From NCBI GenBank assembly GCA_030637655.1, contig DAOWGI010000042.1, positions 1-18,663 on the forward strand: a stretch of DNA of 18,663 nt. Reading direction: 5' to 3'. Both the position numbers and the translations under genes were made by a program. This DNA comes from a candidate division FCPU426 bacterium. GTDB taxonomy: Bacteria; Oederibacteriota; JAAXVQ01; JAUVAV01. The notes beneath the pieces are model-generated. The model was not told the DNA's origin and made no database searches. It saw nothing but the letters and a program-made list of their open reading frames with translations. Positions 1 through 8,634 of this stretch are shown here, in pieces (position 1 is the first letter of the stretch; every line of letters starts with the position of its first letter).

Positions 1-1
1 C

Positions 2-1165
2 GAGCCTTGGTCAAGTGGTAATCTGGAAGAGACGCTCACAGCAGGCAGAGCCTATTTCTTCGCGCAACAAAGAACACCAGGTGTTGTCCGCTACTTAAGA
101 GCCGAGGATTCGGATGATTCGAACATTAAAGATGAATCTTCTCCGGACAATGCGTGGGGTTTGATACGCGTGGTAGAGGAGAAGGATGTTAGTTTTCATG
201 TTTATGTGGAAGGGGTGGAGGCTGTTGACAATACTCCGGTCGATGTTGATGCCAAACCCAATACCTTTACCATGTATGTTGAAATACGTTATGATGGTAC
301 CGGTGAAAAAGTATCAACTGTGAAGACCTTTCTCATGGAACCTTCATTAACCACAGGAAGCTATACACCGGCCAACGGCACCTTGAATCTGAGATCCGCC
401 AGCACCACAGATGGATACGCGAATTTAACTACTCAGGCGTATGATCTCGCGGAGACGATTTATATTCTGGTGCGCGATGCTTCCGGTTCCGAGGATCCGT
501 CGCCTGGGTATTCGCCGGAAATTCGGGTCCGGGCCTCTGCGCCGGCCAGTATTGTTTTAACCGCTGAAACGGAAGATTCATACCAACTGGCAAATGGAGT
601 AACAGTTTACCAAATAGAAGCCAACGCGAATGCCCGTCTTAATGCGCTTGTTCATGACGCCAATGGGAACGAAGTTGAAAATGCCGCGCTAACATTTGAA
701 ATTGTGAATACACTGAATACTTCAAGCACTTTGGGAGCGCCCAGGTCATTAACTACAAACGCGGATGGAGCCGGTTATGCTACCTTCTTTGCCGGTCCGC
801 AAAATCTCGAACATACGATTCGCGCGTCTGCAGGTTCTGTTTCAACAGAAATAACCATCTTTGTTACAGTAACCAGAGATGGCGGTGTGTATCCAAATCC
901 GTTTAATCCGTTACGTGGAGAGAAAGCAAACATTGACTATAATTTGGAGGAAGATGCATCAATAAAAATTGAAATTTACACACTGCTGGGTGATTTAGTT
1001 TGGACCATAGAGATTCCGCATGCTCATAAGGGCGTGAATTCAACACCCTGGAACGGCAAGAACAATAGCGGAGTTACTGTCGCGAATGGCGGTTATATTT
1101 GCGTCATTAAAGCCAATGATCAAGAGAAGAATCGCTTCAAGATTGGCATTTATAAAGAAAAATAA
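2..1165 (+). CDS. 5'-truncated large surface/secreted protein: bacterial Ig-like (Big_1/invasin-type) domain followed by C-terminal T9SS type-A-CTD-like / FlgD-Ig domain
   Basis: Frame 2 is open from base 2 (EPWSSGNLEETL...) into the tracked ORF, so the TTG at 161 is probably not the true start. Big_1-like motif 'LNALVHDANGNEVENAALTF...TTNADG.GYATF'. The C-terminus from about 890 reads 'YPNPFNP...IDYNL...IKIEIYTLLGDLV...WNGKNNSG..VANGGY...KIGIYKEK', typical of CTD/FlgD-Ig domains. Confidence 0.8.
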   Translation, partial: EPWSSGNLEETLTAGRAYFFAQQRTPGVVRYLRAEDSDDSNIKDESSPDNAWGLIRVVEEKDVSFHVYVEGVEAVDNTPVDVDAKPNTFTMYVEIRYDGTGEKVSTVKTFLMEPSLTTGSYTPANGTLNLRSASTTDGYANLTTQAYDLAETIYILVRDASGSEDPSPGYSPEIRVRASAPASIVLTAETEDSYQLANGVTVYQIEANANARLNALVHDANGNEVENAALTFEIVNTLNTSSTLGAPRSLTTNADGAGYATFFAGPQNLEHTIRASAGSVSTEITIFVTVTRDGGVYPNPFNPLRGEKANIDYNLEEDASIKIEIYTLLGDLVWTIEIPHAHKGVNSTPWNGKNNSGVTVANGGYICVIKANDQEKNRFKIGIYKEK

Positions 1166-1198
1166 GAAAAAACAGCTGGAGAAAGCGGGGATGCGCTC

Positions 1199-2449
1199 AT
1201 GAAAAGAACTCTCACTATATTAATCACCCTTACTGCTTTCGTGGGATTGCTTCAGGGAAATAGTTATGCCGGAGCAGGGGATTATGGTATGCCGGGAGAA
1301 TATCTTGATTATCCCTTTGGCGCGCGTGTCGCGGGTATGGGAGGGGCAAATACCGGTTTGGCGGATGATGTTACAGCGATTTTTAACAATCCGGCCGGAT
1401 TGGCCACTCAGGATCCCATACAGATCGGGTTGCAGCATGTTATGTTATTTGAAGATACTATGTTGGATTTTTTAGGATTCTCTCTGCCGGTAATTAATAT
1501 AGGTCACATAGGTCTGGGTATTGTATTTCTTCATTCATCAGATTTTTATGTGGTAGATGATGGTTACGCGCCTACTTCTGATCATACGAGTTCAATGAGC
1601 AAAGGTTCGGCTTATTTGAGTTACGCGCGTGATATATTTCCCGGCCTCTCTGCCGGAGTAAATGTTAAAGTTGCCTATGAAGATATCTTTGGCCACTCCG
1701 GCACTGGTATTGGAATTGATGTTGGCGGTCTGTACAGTCCCATACCTGAATTCCAGGTTGGAGTGTATGTAAAAAATGCGCTGACACCGCAAGTGCTGGG
1801 TGATATGTATTTTGGTTCTGTTACCCTGGGTGTGGCTGGAAAGCTGTTTAATAATGATTTGCTTTTAGCTGTAGATGTTAGTAAGTCTTTAGGTCCACAA
1901 GATAGTATTTTATGGGAAGTTGGCGGTGAGTTGGATGTATATAATGATATGGCGTTTATTCGCGCCGGCTTGGATGATGAATTAAAGGTTTATCTGGGAG
2001 TTGGCGGTAAATATATGAATATTACTTTGGATTATGCCGCCAGCATTGAAGCTTTGGGTTTGGCGCATAAGATTTCAGCCGGTTATTCCATGGGCGGTTT
2101 TGAAATGAGTGTTCGCGCCACACCGAAGATATTTTCCCCTGTGGGCATAAGAAAAACAACGACCTTCGCAATCAAAGCGGTGTCTAAATATCAAATACGT
2201 GATTGGGAGTTGAATATTAAGGATCAGAACGGTGATATTGTGCGTTCTTATTCCGGGGAAGAGAATCCTCCGAATCAGATCGTTTGGAACGGCAAGGATG
2301 ACAGAGGATTACCGGCGCCTGATGGTAATTTCAGCGCCCAAATGATCGTAACGGATTCAAATGGAAAAGTTATTAAATCAAATTTCGAGTCAGTTAAAAT
2401 TCAAAGCGCTGTTCCACTTGATGGGGAAGGTGGACTGGAGCTTGACTAA
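1199..2449 (+). CDS. PorV/PorQ (UPF0164)-family outer-membrane beta-barrel with C-terminal FlgD-Ig-like domain
   Basis: Signal peptide (MKR-hydrophobic-SYA). Family signature 'GARVAGMGGANTGLADDVTAIFNNPAGLA'. Amphipathic strands such as 'GIGIDVGGLY'. From about 2108, 'PKIFSP...WELNIKDQNGDIVRSYSG...IVWNGKDDRG...PDG'. Confidence 0.85.
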   Translation: MKRTLTILITLTAFVGLLQGNSYAGAGDYGMPGEYLDYPFGARVAGMGGANTGLADDVTAIFNNPAGLATQDPIQIGLQHVMLFEDTMLDFLGFSLPVINIGHIGLGIVFLHSSDFYVVDDGYAPTSDHTSSMSKGSAYLSYARDIFPGLSAGVNVKVAYEDIFGHSGTGIGIDVGGLYSPIPEFQVGVYVKNALTPQVLGDMYFGSVTLGVAGKLFNNDLLLAVDVSKSLGPQDSILWEVGGELDVYNDMAFIRAGLDDELKVYLGVGGKYMNITLDYAASIEALGLAHKISAGYSMGGFEMSVRATPKIFSPVGIRKTTTFAIKAVSKYQIRDWELNIKDQNGDIVRSYSGEENPPNQIVWNGKDDRGLPAPDGNFSAQMIVTDSNGKVIKSNFESVKIQSAVPLDGEGGLELD

Positions 2450-2502
2450 ACCGACTGCTCTCTTAGGGAGCGCTAATTATTGCCAAACAAAGGGGAAAAA
2501 CC

Positions 2503-5500
2503 ATGCTGGGTAAAGCAAAGGGACTCTGTGTACTGTTATTAGGGGTAGCCTTGCTTGGCTTGGGAATGCAACCAAGCTGGGCTGTGGACCTGGAAAAAGA
2601 AAAAATGGCCAAGGAGGCTTGGGATCAGGCAGCGGATACCATGGTCGTGGACTCGCAAGATACCGAACTTCCCGGTATGTGGGAGGAGTATTATAAAAAA
2701 TATTCAAATATGCCCAAGGCTTCCCGCGCCCTGTACATGGTAGCAGAGACTCAATTCCAGCAGCGTTTTTACCAAAAAGCCGGCAAAGCCTATGAAATAT
2801 TCCTGAAAAAATACCCCAATGAGCCTTTTTCCGATTCCGCGGCTTATCGCCTGGGTGAATGCGCTTTTAATCAAAAGGAGTATAAATCAGCCTTATTTCA
2901 ATGGAAAAAATTACTGGGAAAATATCCAGGAACTTTTTTGAAGCCCGAGGCTTTTTACGGACAAATTTTATGTTATATCGTTCAGAAAAAGTGGCGGAAA
3001 GCAGCAGCCGCGATTGAAGAATTGACCCGGCGTTATCCGTACTATCGCAAAGAAAAGAAGGTTAAACTGCCTCTGGGTTTGGTCTATTATCATAACCGCC
3101 AATACAATCAGGCCTTGCAGTATTTTCGCAGCGTGGATGGAGATACGGCTGTTTATTATGTGGGCCGCTGCCTGGAAAATTTAAATCGATTTTTGCCGGC
3201 TGCCGCCAATTATAAGAAAGTGGTGGAGAAATATCCGGATTCCATCTATGCTCTGGATGCCGCTTACAGTAAAGCGGATTCATACTATAAGGGCAGTAAT
3301 TATTCTGTGGCAGATAAAGAATTCAAAAGTTTCTTGAAAAAATTTCCAAGATCCAAGTATCGTCCCTATGCTTTGTACAAACTGGCTGTTTGCCAAATTC
3401 GGCAGGAAGAATATGCCAAAGCCCTGGGCCATTTAGGGATATTGTTGTCCGAAGTAGAGCGTTCCACTTTGGCGGCCAACGCCTATTATTTGAAAGGTGA
3501 GTGTTTACGCCAGACCAAAAAAATGAAAGCAGCGATTATTGCTTACAACCAAGTGGTTAAAGAGTATCCCAACACCTATGTTTCCGGCAGCGCCAAATTT
3601 AAAGCCGGTTGGGTTATGTTGAGCGGCGGGAATTCAAAACAAGCCTTAAAAACCTTTCGTGAGTTTTTAACGACCTATCCAATTCATGAGAATGTGCAAT
3701 TGGCCACCTATTTGCTCGGAAATAGTTACTTTAAGCAGGAATTGTATGTGCAAGCCATTCCGATTTATCAAAATATTCTAATGAAATACAAATATTCGGA
3801 TGTTTCGGACGCGGCTTTGGCAGCTTTGCAAATGGCGTATTTTATTCCCAAGCAGTATGAACAATTGATCTCCACCACCCATTATATTTTAAAAGTCCTG
3901 GCTGCCAATTTTCCGCCATCCAAAAGTACCTGGCGTTCACTATCGTATTTTTACTTGGGCGAGGCCTATTTTCACATGGGCATGTTCCCCCAGTCTGCCG
4001 GGCAATATAAGAAAATTGTCGAGAATTTTTCGGATTCACCGGTTTTGAATTGGGCCAAGCTGGGTTTGACGTACGCGTATTTTGAAGCCGGTAAATTTAA
4101 AGAATCACAACGGGTTGCCAAAGGTTTGGAGACCTCGGAAGATGCTCCGGTTAAGTTGAAAAACTACGCTGCTTTGATGACAGCGCATAATCTGTTTAAC
4201 CGCAAAAAATATGAGGATGCGATTGTAAAATATGAAACATTCGCGAAACTCAATCCCACCATGCCGGAAGCCGGGGATGCCTATTATTACGCAGGGCAAT
4301 CATATTTTCAGTTGGAATATTATGCCAATGCCATTGATTCCTGGCAGCGTGTTGTGCAATATTTTAAGCAGAGTGAAAAAGCGCCGGATGCCGCGTATAA
4401 AATGGGAGATACCTTTTTCAAAGCGCAAAAATACGATCAGGCGATTGCCGCTTATAAAATGTTGAAACAGTGGCCGGAAGAGAGTAATCCTCATCGTAAA
4501 AAAGTACAGTTGCATATCGCCCAATGTTATTACAATGCCAAACAAGATAATCAGGCGATTGCCGCCTACAAAAAATTCATCAATGATTATCCGGATGATC
4601 CCAAAGTCAAAGATGCCATGGAAGGCATTCAATTAAGCTATTACCGCAAGGGTCAGACCTCGGACGCGGTTCCGCAACTCATGGAGTTTGTGGTTAACTT
4701 TCCGAATAGCCGGCTGGCTGTGGACGCGCTTTATCGGGTGGCGGAAATCTATTATCAAGAAAAAAATATGGAGCAGACTATAGCCGCGTTTCAACAATTG
4801 ATCGCCGATTATCCGGAAAGTTCCTTATTACCCAACGCGCAATATTACATTGCCATCTGTAATCAAGATTTGGGGCATCGGGACAAGGCAATCCGTAGCT
4901 ATCAAGCCTTTATTCGCAATTTTCCGACCCACGAATTGGTCGTGGATGTGCGTTTTCGTTTGGGAAGTGGATATTTTGCCAAAGAAGATTATGAGGCGGC
5001 TATTGATGCCTATCAGGCGCTGGTTGATTTGCACGCCAAATCGGAATATGCGGCCAATGCGTTGTACAATGTAGCGCTTTGCTATAAAAAAATGAAAAAA
5101 TGGCGCCAAGCCATTGAGACGTATACTCAATTCTATAAGAAGTTTCCGGATGATCCCAAAGCCAAAGACTGCTTGCTGCAAATTGCGACTACTTATCGCG
5201 ATGAAAAACGGTACCCATCAGCTATCAAAATTTATGAAGAAATGGCAGCCAAAAAAGAGTACCAGGAGGAAAAAGGGGAAATCCTGTATTCTATCGCTGA
5301 TTCCTACATCCAAATGGAAAATAAGGAAGCAGCAACAAAAGCATTTGAACATATGCGGGAATTACGGCCTAAAAACGATGTTTATCGCTTGACGGCCTTG
5401 GCGAAACTAGGTAGTCTTTATGAAGAATTGGAAAAGTGGGGAAATGCCTACGATATCTACAGTGATTTGGGTACTTCCGGTGGCAAACCGGAATGGACCC

Positions 5501-5643
5501 AGGCTGCCAAAAGCCGTTTGTCCATTCTGAAATTAGAACACAAAGCGGAAGTGGCGGCTTTTTTACAGGAAAAAGCAGCAAAAAAAACAACGTCGAAAAA
5601 GAAAATAAAGAAGAAGAAGTCAAAAAAATCTAAGAAAAAGTAA
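2503..5643 (+). CDS. Exported multi-TPR protein (BamD/CpoB-like TPR repeats) with poly-Lys C-terminal tail
   Basis: AGGGG RBS-like site upstream. Sec signal ending in SWA. The TPR pattern 'A.Y.LG..Y.....Y..A...Y......YP.S' repeats along the whole length. Ends KKTTSKKKIKKKKSKKSKKK. Confidence 0.9.
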   Translation: MLGKAKGLCVLLLGVALLGLGMQPSWAVDLEKEKMAKEAWDQAADTMVVDSQDTELPGMWEEYYKKYSNMPKASRALYMVAETQFQQRFYQKAGKAYEIFLKKYPNEPFSDSAAYRLGECAFNQKEYKSALFQWKKLLGKYPGTFLKPEAFYGQILCYIVQKKWRKAAAAIEELTRRYPYYRKEKKVKLPLGLVYYHNRQYNQALQYFRSVDGDTAVYYVGRCLENLNRFLPAAANYKKVVEKYPDSIYALDAAYSKADSYYKGSNYSVADKEFKSFLKKFPRSKYRPYALYKLAVCQIRQEEYAKALGHLGILLSEVERSTLAANAYYLKGECLRQTKKMKAAIIAYNQVVKEYPNTYVSGSAKFKAGWVMLSGGNSKQALKTFREFLTTYPIHENVQLATYLLGNSYFKQELYVQAIPIYQNILMKYKYSDVSDAALAALQMAYFIPKQYEQLISTTHYILKVLAANFPPSKSTWRSLSYFYLGEAYFHMGMFPQSAGQYKKIVENFSDSPVLNWAKLGLTYAYFEAGKFKESQRVAKGLETSEDAPVKLKNYAALMTAHNLFNRKKYEDAIVKYETFAKLNPTMPEAGDAYYYAGQSYFQLEYYANAIDSWQRVVQYFKQSEKAPDAAYKMGDTFFKAQKYDQAIAAYKMLKQWPEESNPHRKKVQLHIAQCYYNAKQDNQAIAAYKKFINDYPDDPKVKDAMEGIQLSYYRKGQTSDAVPQLMEFVVNFPNSRLAVDALYRVAEIYYQEKNMEQTIAAFQQLIADYPESSLLPNAQYYIAICNQDLGHRDKAIRSYQAFIRNFPTHELVVDVRFRLGSGYFAKEDYEAAIDAYQALVDLHAKSEYAANALYNVALCYKKMKKWRQAIETYTQFYKKFPDDPKAKDCLLQIATTYRDEKRYPSAIKIYEEMAAKKEYQEEKGEILYSIADSYIQMENKEAATKAFEHMRELRPKNDVYRLTALAKLGSLYEELEKWGNAYDIYSDLGTSGGKPEWTQAAKSRLSILKLEHKAEVAAFLQEKAAKKTTSKKKIKKKKSKKSKKK

Positions 5644-5666
5644 AATAGTTACTTTAGGAGGGATAC

Positions 5667-6317
5667 ATGGATCTCGGAAATTTGGATTATATTGAAATAT
5701 TCAGGAGTAGTTTTACTTTAATGATTTTGTTGGTCTGCTCGATTTTGGCGGTGGCGTTTATGATCGAGCGCTGGCTCTTTTACCGTAGAGCTAAAGTGGA
5801 TTCTACGCGATTTTTATCAAGAATTAAGATGTCCCTGGAAAACAATAATTTTCAGGAAGCGGTTTCTACCTGTGAACGGGATCGGAGTCCGGTAGCAGCA
5901 GTTTTGCGTGTGGGTTTGCTAAATCGCGCTTTGCCCTATCATCAACTGGATGAGTTGATGCATACCACCCGAGAAGAGGAACGGGTAAAATTAGAGCGCT
6001 ATTTGGGTGTTTTAGGAACACTTGGCAACTCTGCTCCATTTATTGGCTTGTTCGGAACGGTTGTGGGTATTATTAAAGCTTTTCATGATTTGGCTGCTTC
6101 GGGTTCCGGTGGACCGACGGTTGTTGCTGCCGGTATTGCGGAAGCGTTGGTTGCGACAGCTGCCGGTTTGGCTGTGGCTATTCCTTGCGTTATGGTCTTT
6201 AATTACTTCATGCGTAAGGTTAAAAACATTGCCGTGGAAATGGAAGCGGTGTCTAAACGGTATCTGATAATTTTGACCAATCGTGATGTAGAGGCGGCGA
6301 GCGGCAGAAAACGATAA
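5667..6317 (+). CDS. exbB: MotA/TolQ/ExbB proton channel family protein
   Basis: AGGAGG RBS. Three TM segments with 'APFIGLFGTVVGII.AF' and 'GIAEALVATAAGLAVAIP', conserved Thr/Glu intact. exbB versus tolQ cannot be firmly separated; the neighbouring TonB_C protein and absence of tolB/pal favour exbB. Confidence 0.9.
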   Translation: MDLGNLDYIEIFRSSFTLMILLVCSILAVAFMIERWLFYRRAKVDSTRFLSRIKMSLENNNFQEAVSTCERDRSPVAAVLRVGLLNRALPYHQLDELMHTTREEERVKLERYLGVLGTLGNSAPFIGLFGTVVGIIKAFHDLAASGSGGPTVVAAGIAEALVATAAGLAVAIPCVMVFNYFMRKVKNIAVEMEAVSKRYLIILTNRDVEAASGRKR

Positions 6318-6324
6318 ATAAATT

Positions 6325-6537
6325 AGTTCCTGTTGTGGAAAGTCTTTTTTTTACTGGAGTTATGTCATTCCCGCATGGTTTTAGCGGCCCCGACCGGAAA
6401 AGATATATAGGGACGCCTTCGGCAGGAATCCAGAGGCTAAGGTAGGGGCGTGATTAATCGCGCCCCTACAAGATACCCGACAAAATCATTCGGGTATGAC
6501 AATCTTTTCAGAAAACAGTCTTTCCGCAACAGGAACT
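6325..6537. mobile_element. MITE-like composite repeat with 18-bp terminal inverted repeats and nested palindromes
   Basis: AGTTCCTGTTGTGGAAAG (6325-6342) versus CTTTCCGCAACAGGAACT (6520-6537), 17/18 complementary. Inner arms TGTCATTCCCGCATGGTTTT... and ...AAAATCATTCGGGTATGACA. GTAG palindrome in the middle. Confidence 0.65.
6442..6469. repeat. GTAG...CTAC REP-like palindrome
   Basis: GTAGGGGCGTGATTAATCGCGCCCCTAC, 28 nt, one G-T mismatch. Confidence 0.8.
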
Positions 6538-6568
6538 GTTTCGAAATTCTATTTGGGGGTAATTCACC

Positions 6569-7024
6569 ATGGGTATGGGTGGTGGAGATCAGGGAGATTC
6601 TATTACGGAAATTAATGTAACACCATTGGTTGATGTCTGCTTGGTGTTGGTTATTATTTTTATGGTTACCGCGCCAATGGCCATGCAGGCCGGCATTATT
6701 GTGGCCAGCAGCAAGGTGGATGCGGCGGAAGGTCAAGTTTCGCAAAATGAATCCGTTTCTGTGCGCCTAACAGCGGAAAAATTATACTTAAACGATCGCG
6801 TGGTTACCTTAGAATCGTTGCCTGCTCTGATGACAGCGAAATTGAAGGTAAATAAGAAAAAAGTAGTGACTATTACCTCGGATGAGGAGGTAAAACACGG
6901 GATCATGGTTACGGTTTTGGATATTGCCAAACAGAGCGGCGCTGAGGGTTTGTCTATTATGCGGCCACCTAAAATGGGCAAGCTGGATAAAAAGAAGAAG
7001 AAGAAAAGAAGAAGAAGAAGATAA
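6569..7024 (+). CDS. exbD: ExbD/TolR family protein (copy 1) with basic C-terminal tail
   Basis: 'EINVTPLVDVCLVLVIIFMVTAP' with the essential TM Asp. Periplasmic 'V.ITSD....HG.MV.VLD.AK.SG'. Ends KKKKKKRRRRR. Confidence 0.9.
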   Translation: MGMGGGDQGDSITEINVTPLVDVCLVLVIIFMVTAPMAMQAGIIVASSKVDAAEGQVSQNESVSVRLTAEKLYLNDRVVTLESLPALMTAKLKVNKKKVVTITSDEEVKHGIMVTVLDIAKQSGAEGLSIMRPPKMGKLDKKKKKKRRRRR

Positions 7025-7028
7025 ATAG

Positions 7029-7180
7029 TGTAGTGTCTCCAAAATGTGGGTACATTTGATTTTATACTTCTATCGTCATTCCGGCATGCTTTCAGCCGGA
7101 ATCCAGGAGTTTTGAGTCTCTGGACCCCGGCTACAATCATGCCGGGGTGACGGCTGTACCGTTATTTAAGAGACGCTACA
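7029..7180. mobile_element. MITE-like element enclosing a GTCATTCCGG...GGAATCCAG / CTGGACCCCGG...GGGGTGAC double hairpin
   Basis: Outer arms TGTAGTGTCTCCAAAATGTGGGTACA and TGTACCGTTATTTAAGAGACGCTACA (20/26 complementary). Inner palindromic unit at 7074-7152. Confidence 0.6.
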
Positions 7181-7196
7181 ATAGGGGGTAAGTGCA

Positions 7197-7598
7197 ATGG
7201 GTGCTGGAGGCGGCGACAATCCGATCACAGATATTAATGTAACGCCATTGGTTGATGTGTGTTTGGTGCTGGTTATTATTTTCATGGTAACCGCGCCTCT
7301 TTTTAGTCAACCGGTTATGAAAGTGGAACTGCCCAAAGCTACCACTGATGAGGGAGAATCCACTGAAAATATTACCATTACCATTGATCCTGACGAAAAT
7401 ATCGCGGTAAATGCCAAAGAGGTAACGCTGCTTGAATTGAAACCGGAATTGAAAATGAAATTACAGGAAAGTTCTGAAAAATACGTGATTATTCGAGCTG
7501 ATAATCTTACCAATCATGGTATTGTACTTAATACCCTGGATTTAGCCAAGGAATTAGGAGCGAGAAAGCTGGTTTTCGCTACCGAACATAAGGAATGA
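7197..7598 (+). CDS. exbD: ExbD/TolR family protein (copy 2)
   Basis: 'DINVTPLVDVCLVLVIIFMVTAP...V.LPKA' and 'VIIRAD....HG.V...LD.AK..G'. AGGGGG RBS-like site upstream. Confidence 0.9.
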   Translation: MGAGGGDNPITDINVTPLVDVCLVLVIIFMVTAPLFSQPVMKVELPKATTDEGESTENITITIDPDENIAVNAKEVTLLELKPELKMKLQESSEKYVIIRADNLTNHGIVLNTLDLAKELGARKLVFATEHKE

Positions 7599-7602
7599 TT
7601 TT

Positions 7603-8634
7603 ATGGCCATTCGTGTGATTATTGAAGAAGAAGAAAAATTTGCCGCTGATTTTGATATTTCCGGATTGAGTAAGGGTGGTTTTATCTCCCTGTTTGGACA
7701 TGCTTCCGTATTCTTTATGATAGCTATGATCACGCATCAACAAAAAAAAGCGGAAGTCCTGTTGACTGAGATTAGTTTGGTTGATCAGATTATTCCCGTT
7801 CCGGAAGAGGAAGAACCGCCACCGCCGGTTCCGATCGCGCCTCCGGAAGAGAAAAATGTCTGGGATTTCTTAAAACAAGCGATACCCTTAAAACAGAAAG
7901 CGGAATTGGCCAGTCAATTGCCTATTAATTTGCCGAAAAAACAGGACAAACTGGAAATGGCCGCCATGCCGGACGCCCTGAAATTGGGCAGTAAAAAAAA
8001 TCTGGACAAACCAATGATGGGCAAACCGCTGGATTTGGTCGGACGCAAGGCAATGAAACAACCGGCAGGAATGAATATGAATGCTTTAAAAATGAATAGA
8101 CGGAAGGATTCTTTGGCCAGTACCGCCAAATTGCCGTCAGGCATCAGATTAGGCAAGAAGAGCAGCTTTTTGCCGCAGCAACAAAGACCGCTGGTGAATA
8201 CCCAACGTTTTGCCAGGCGTGCCAATCTGCAGGCGCGGGGAGGATCTTTGGCAGATATGCCGACCATAAAAAAACCGATTAAAAAGAAAAAGGTTCAGTT
8301 TGATACCACTAATTTGAAGATTCTGCGGGAGAAAAACACCTTTCAGATTTTTGGTCCTTTGAAGAATCGGCGCAGAATTAAGATTTTTTTACCGCGTTAT
8401 CCCCGCTGGGCGGAAGAACAGGGTATTGAGTGTTCAGTCAGTTTTCACTTGTTTGTATTGCCGGACGGAAGGGTAAAAAATAATTTATATATGGAACAAA
8501 GTTCAGGCTATTCTGAAATAGATAAATTGGCTTTGACGGCATTGAGTAAATTTCAGTTTGTGCCTTTGGGTAGTGGTAAAAAACAGGAAGAACAAGAAGG
8601 TGTTATTGTTTTCTATTTCCGGTTATCGAGGTGA
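7603..8634 (+). CDS. tonB: TonB-family energy transducer
   Basis: N-terminal TM with S-x3-H motif (SLFGH). Pro-rich PEEEEPPPPVP segment. Long Lys/Met-rich linker. TonB_C domain 'PRYPRWAEEQGIE.SV...V.PDG.V......SSGY..ID..AL.A...FQF.P'. Confidence 0.85.
   Translation: MAIRVIIEEEEKFAADFDISGLSKGGFISLFGHASVFFMIAMITHQQKKAEVLLTEISLVDQIIPVPEEEEPPPPVPIAPPEEKNVWDFLKQAIPLKQKAELASQLPINLPKKQDKLEMAAMPDALKLGSKKNLDKPMMGKPLDLVGRKAMKQPAGMNMNALKMNRRKDSLASTAKLPSGIRLGKKSSFLPQQQRPLVNTQRFARRANLQARGGSLADMPTIKKPIKKKKVQFDTTNLKILREKNTFQIFGPLKNRRRIKIFLPRYPRWAEEQGIECSVSFHLFVLPDGRVKNNLYMEQSSGYSEIDKLALTALSKFQFVPLGSGKKQEEQEGVIVFYFRLSR

Noticed and set aside
161-163. TTG start of the first ORF as given in the track
   Set aside because: The frame is open to the window edge and no signal peptide follows, so the gene probably begins upstream.
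2503-5643. Naming the TPR protein bamD, cpoB, sprE or gltD
   Set aside because: The repeats are generic, there is no clear lipobox, and orthology cannot be established by eye.
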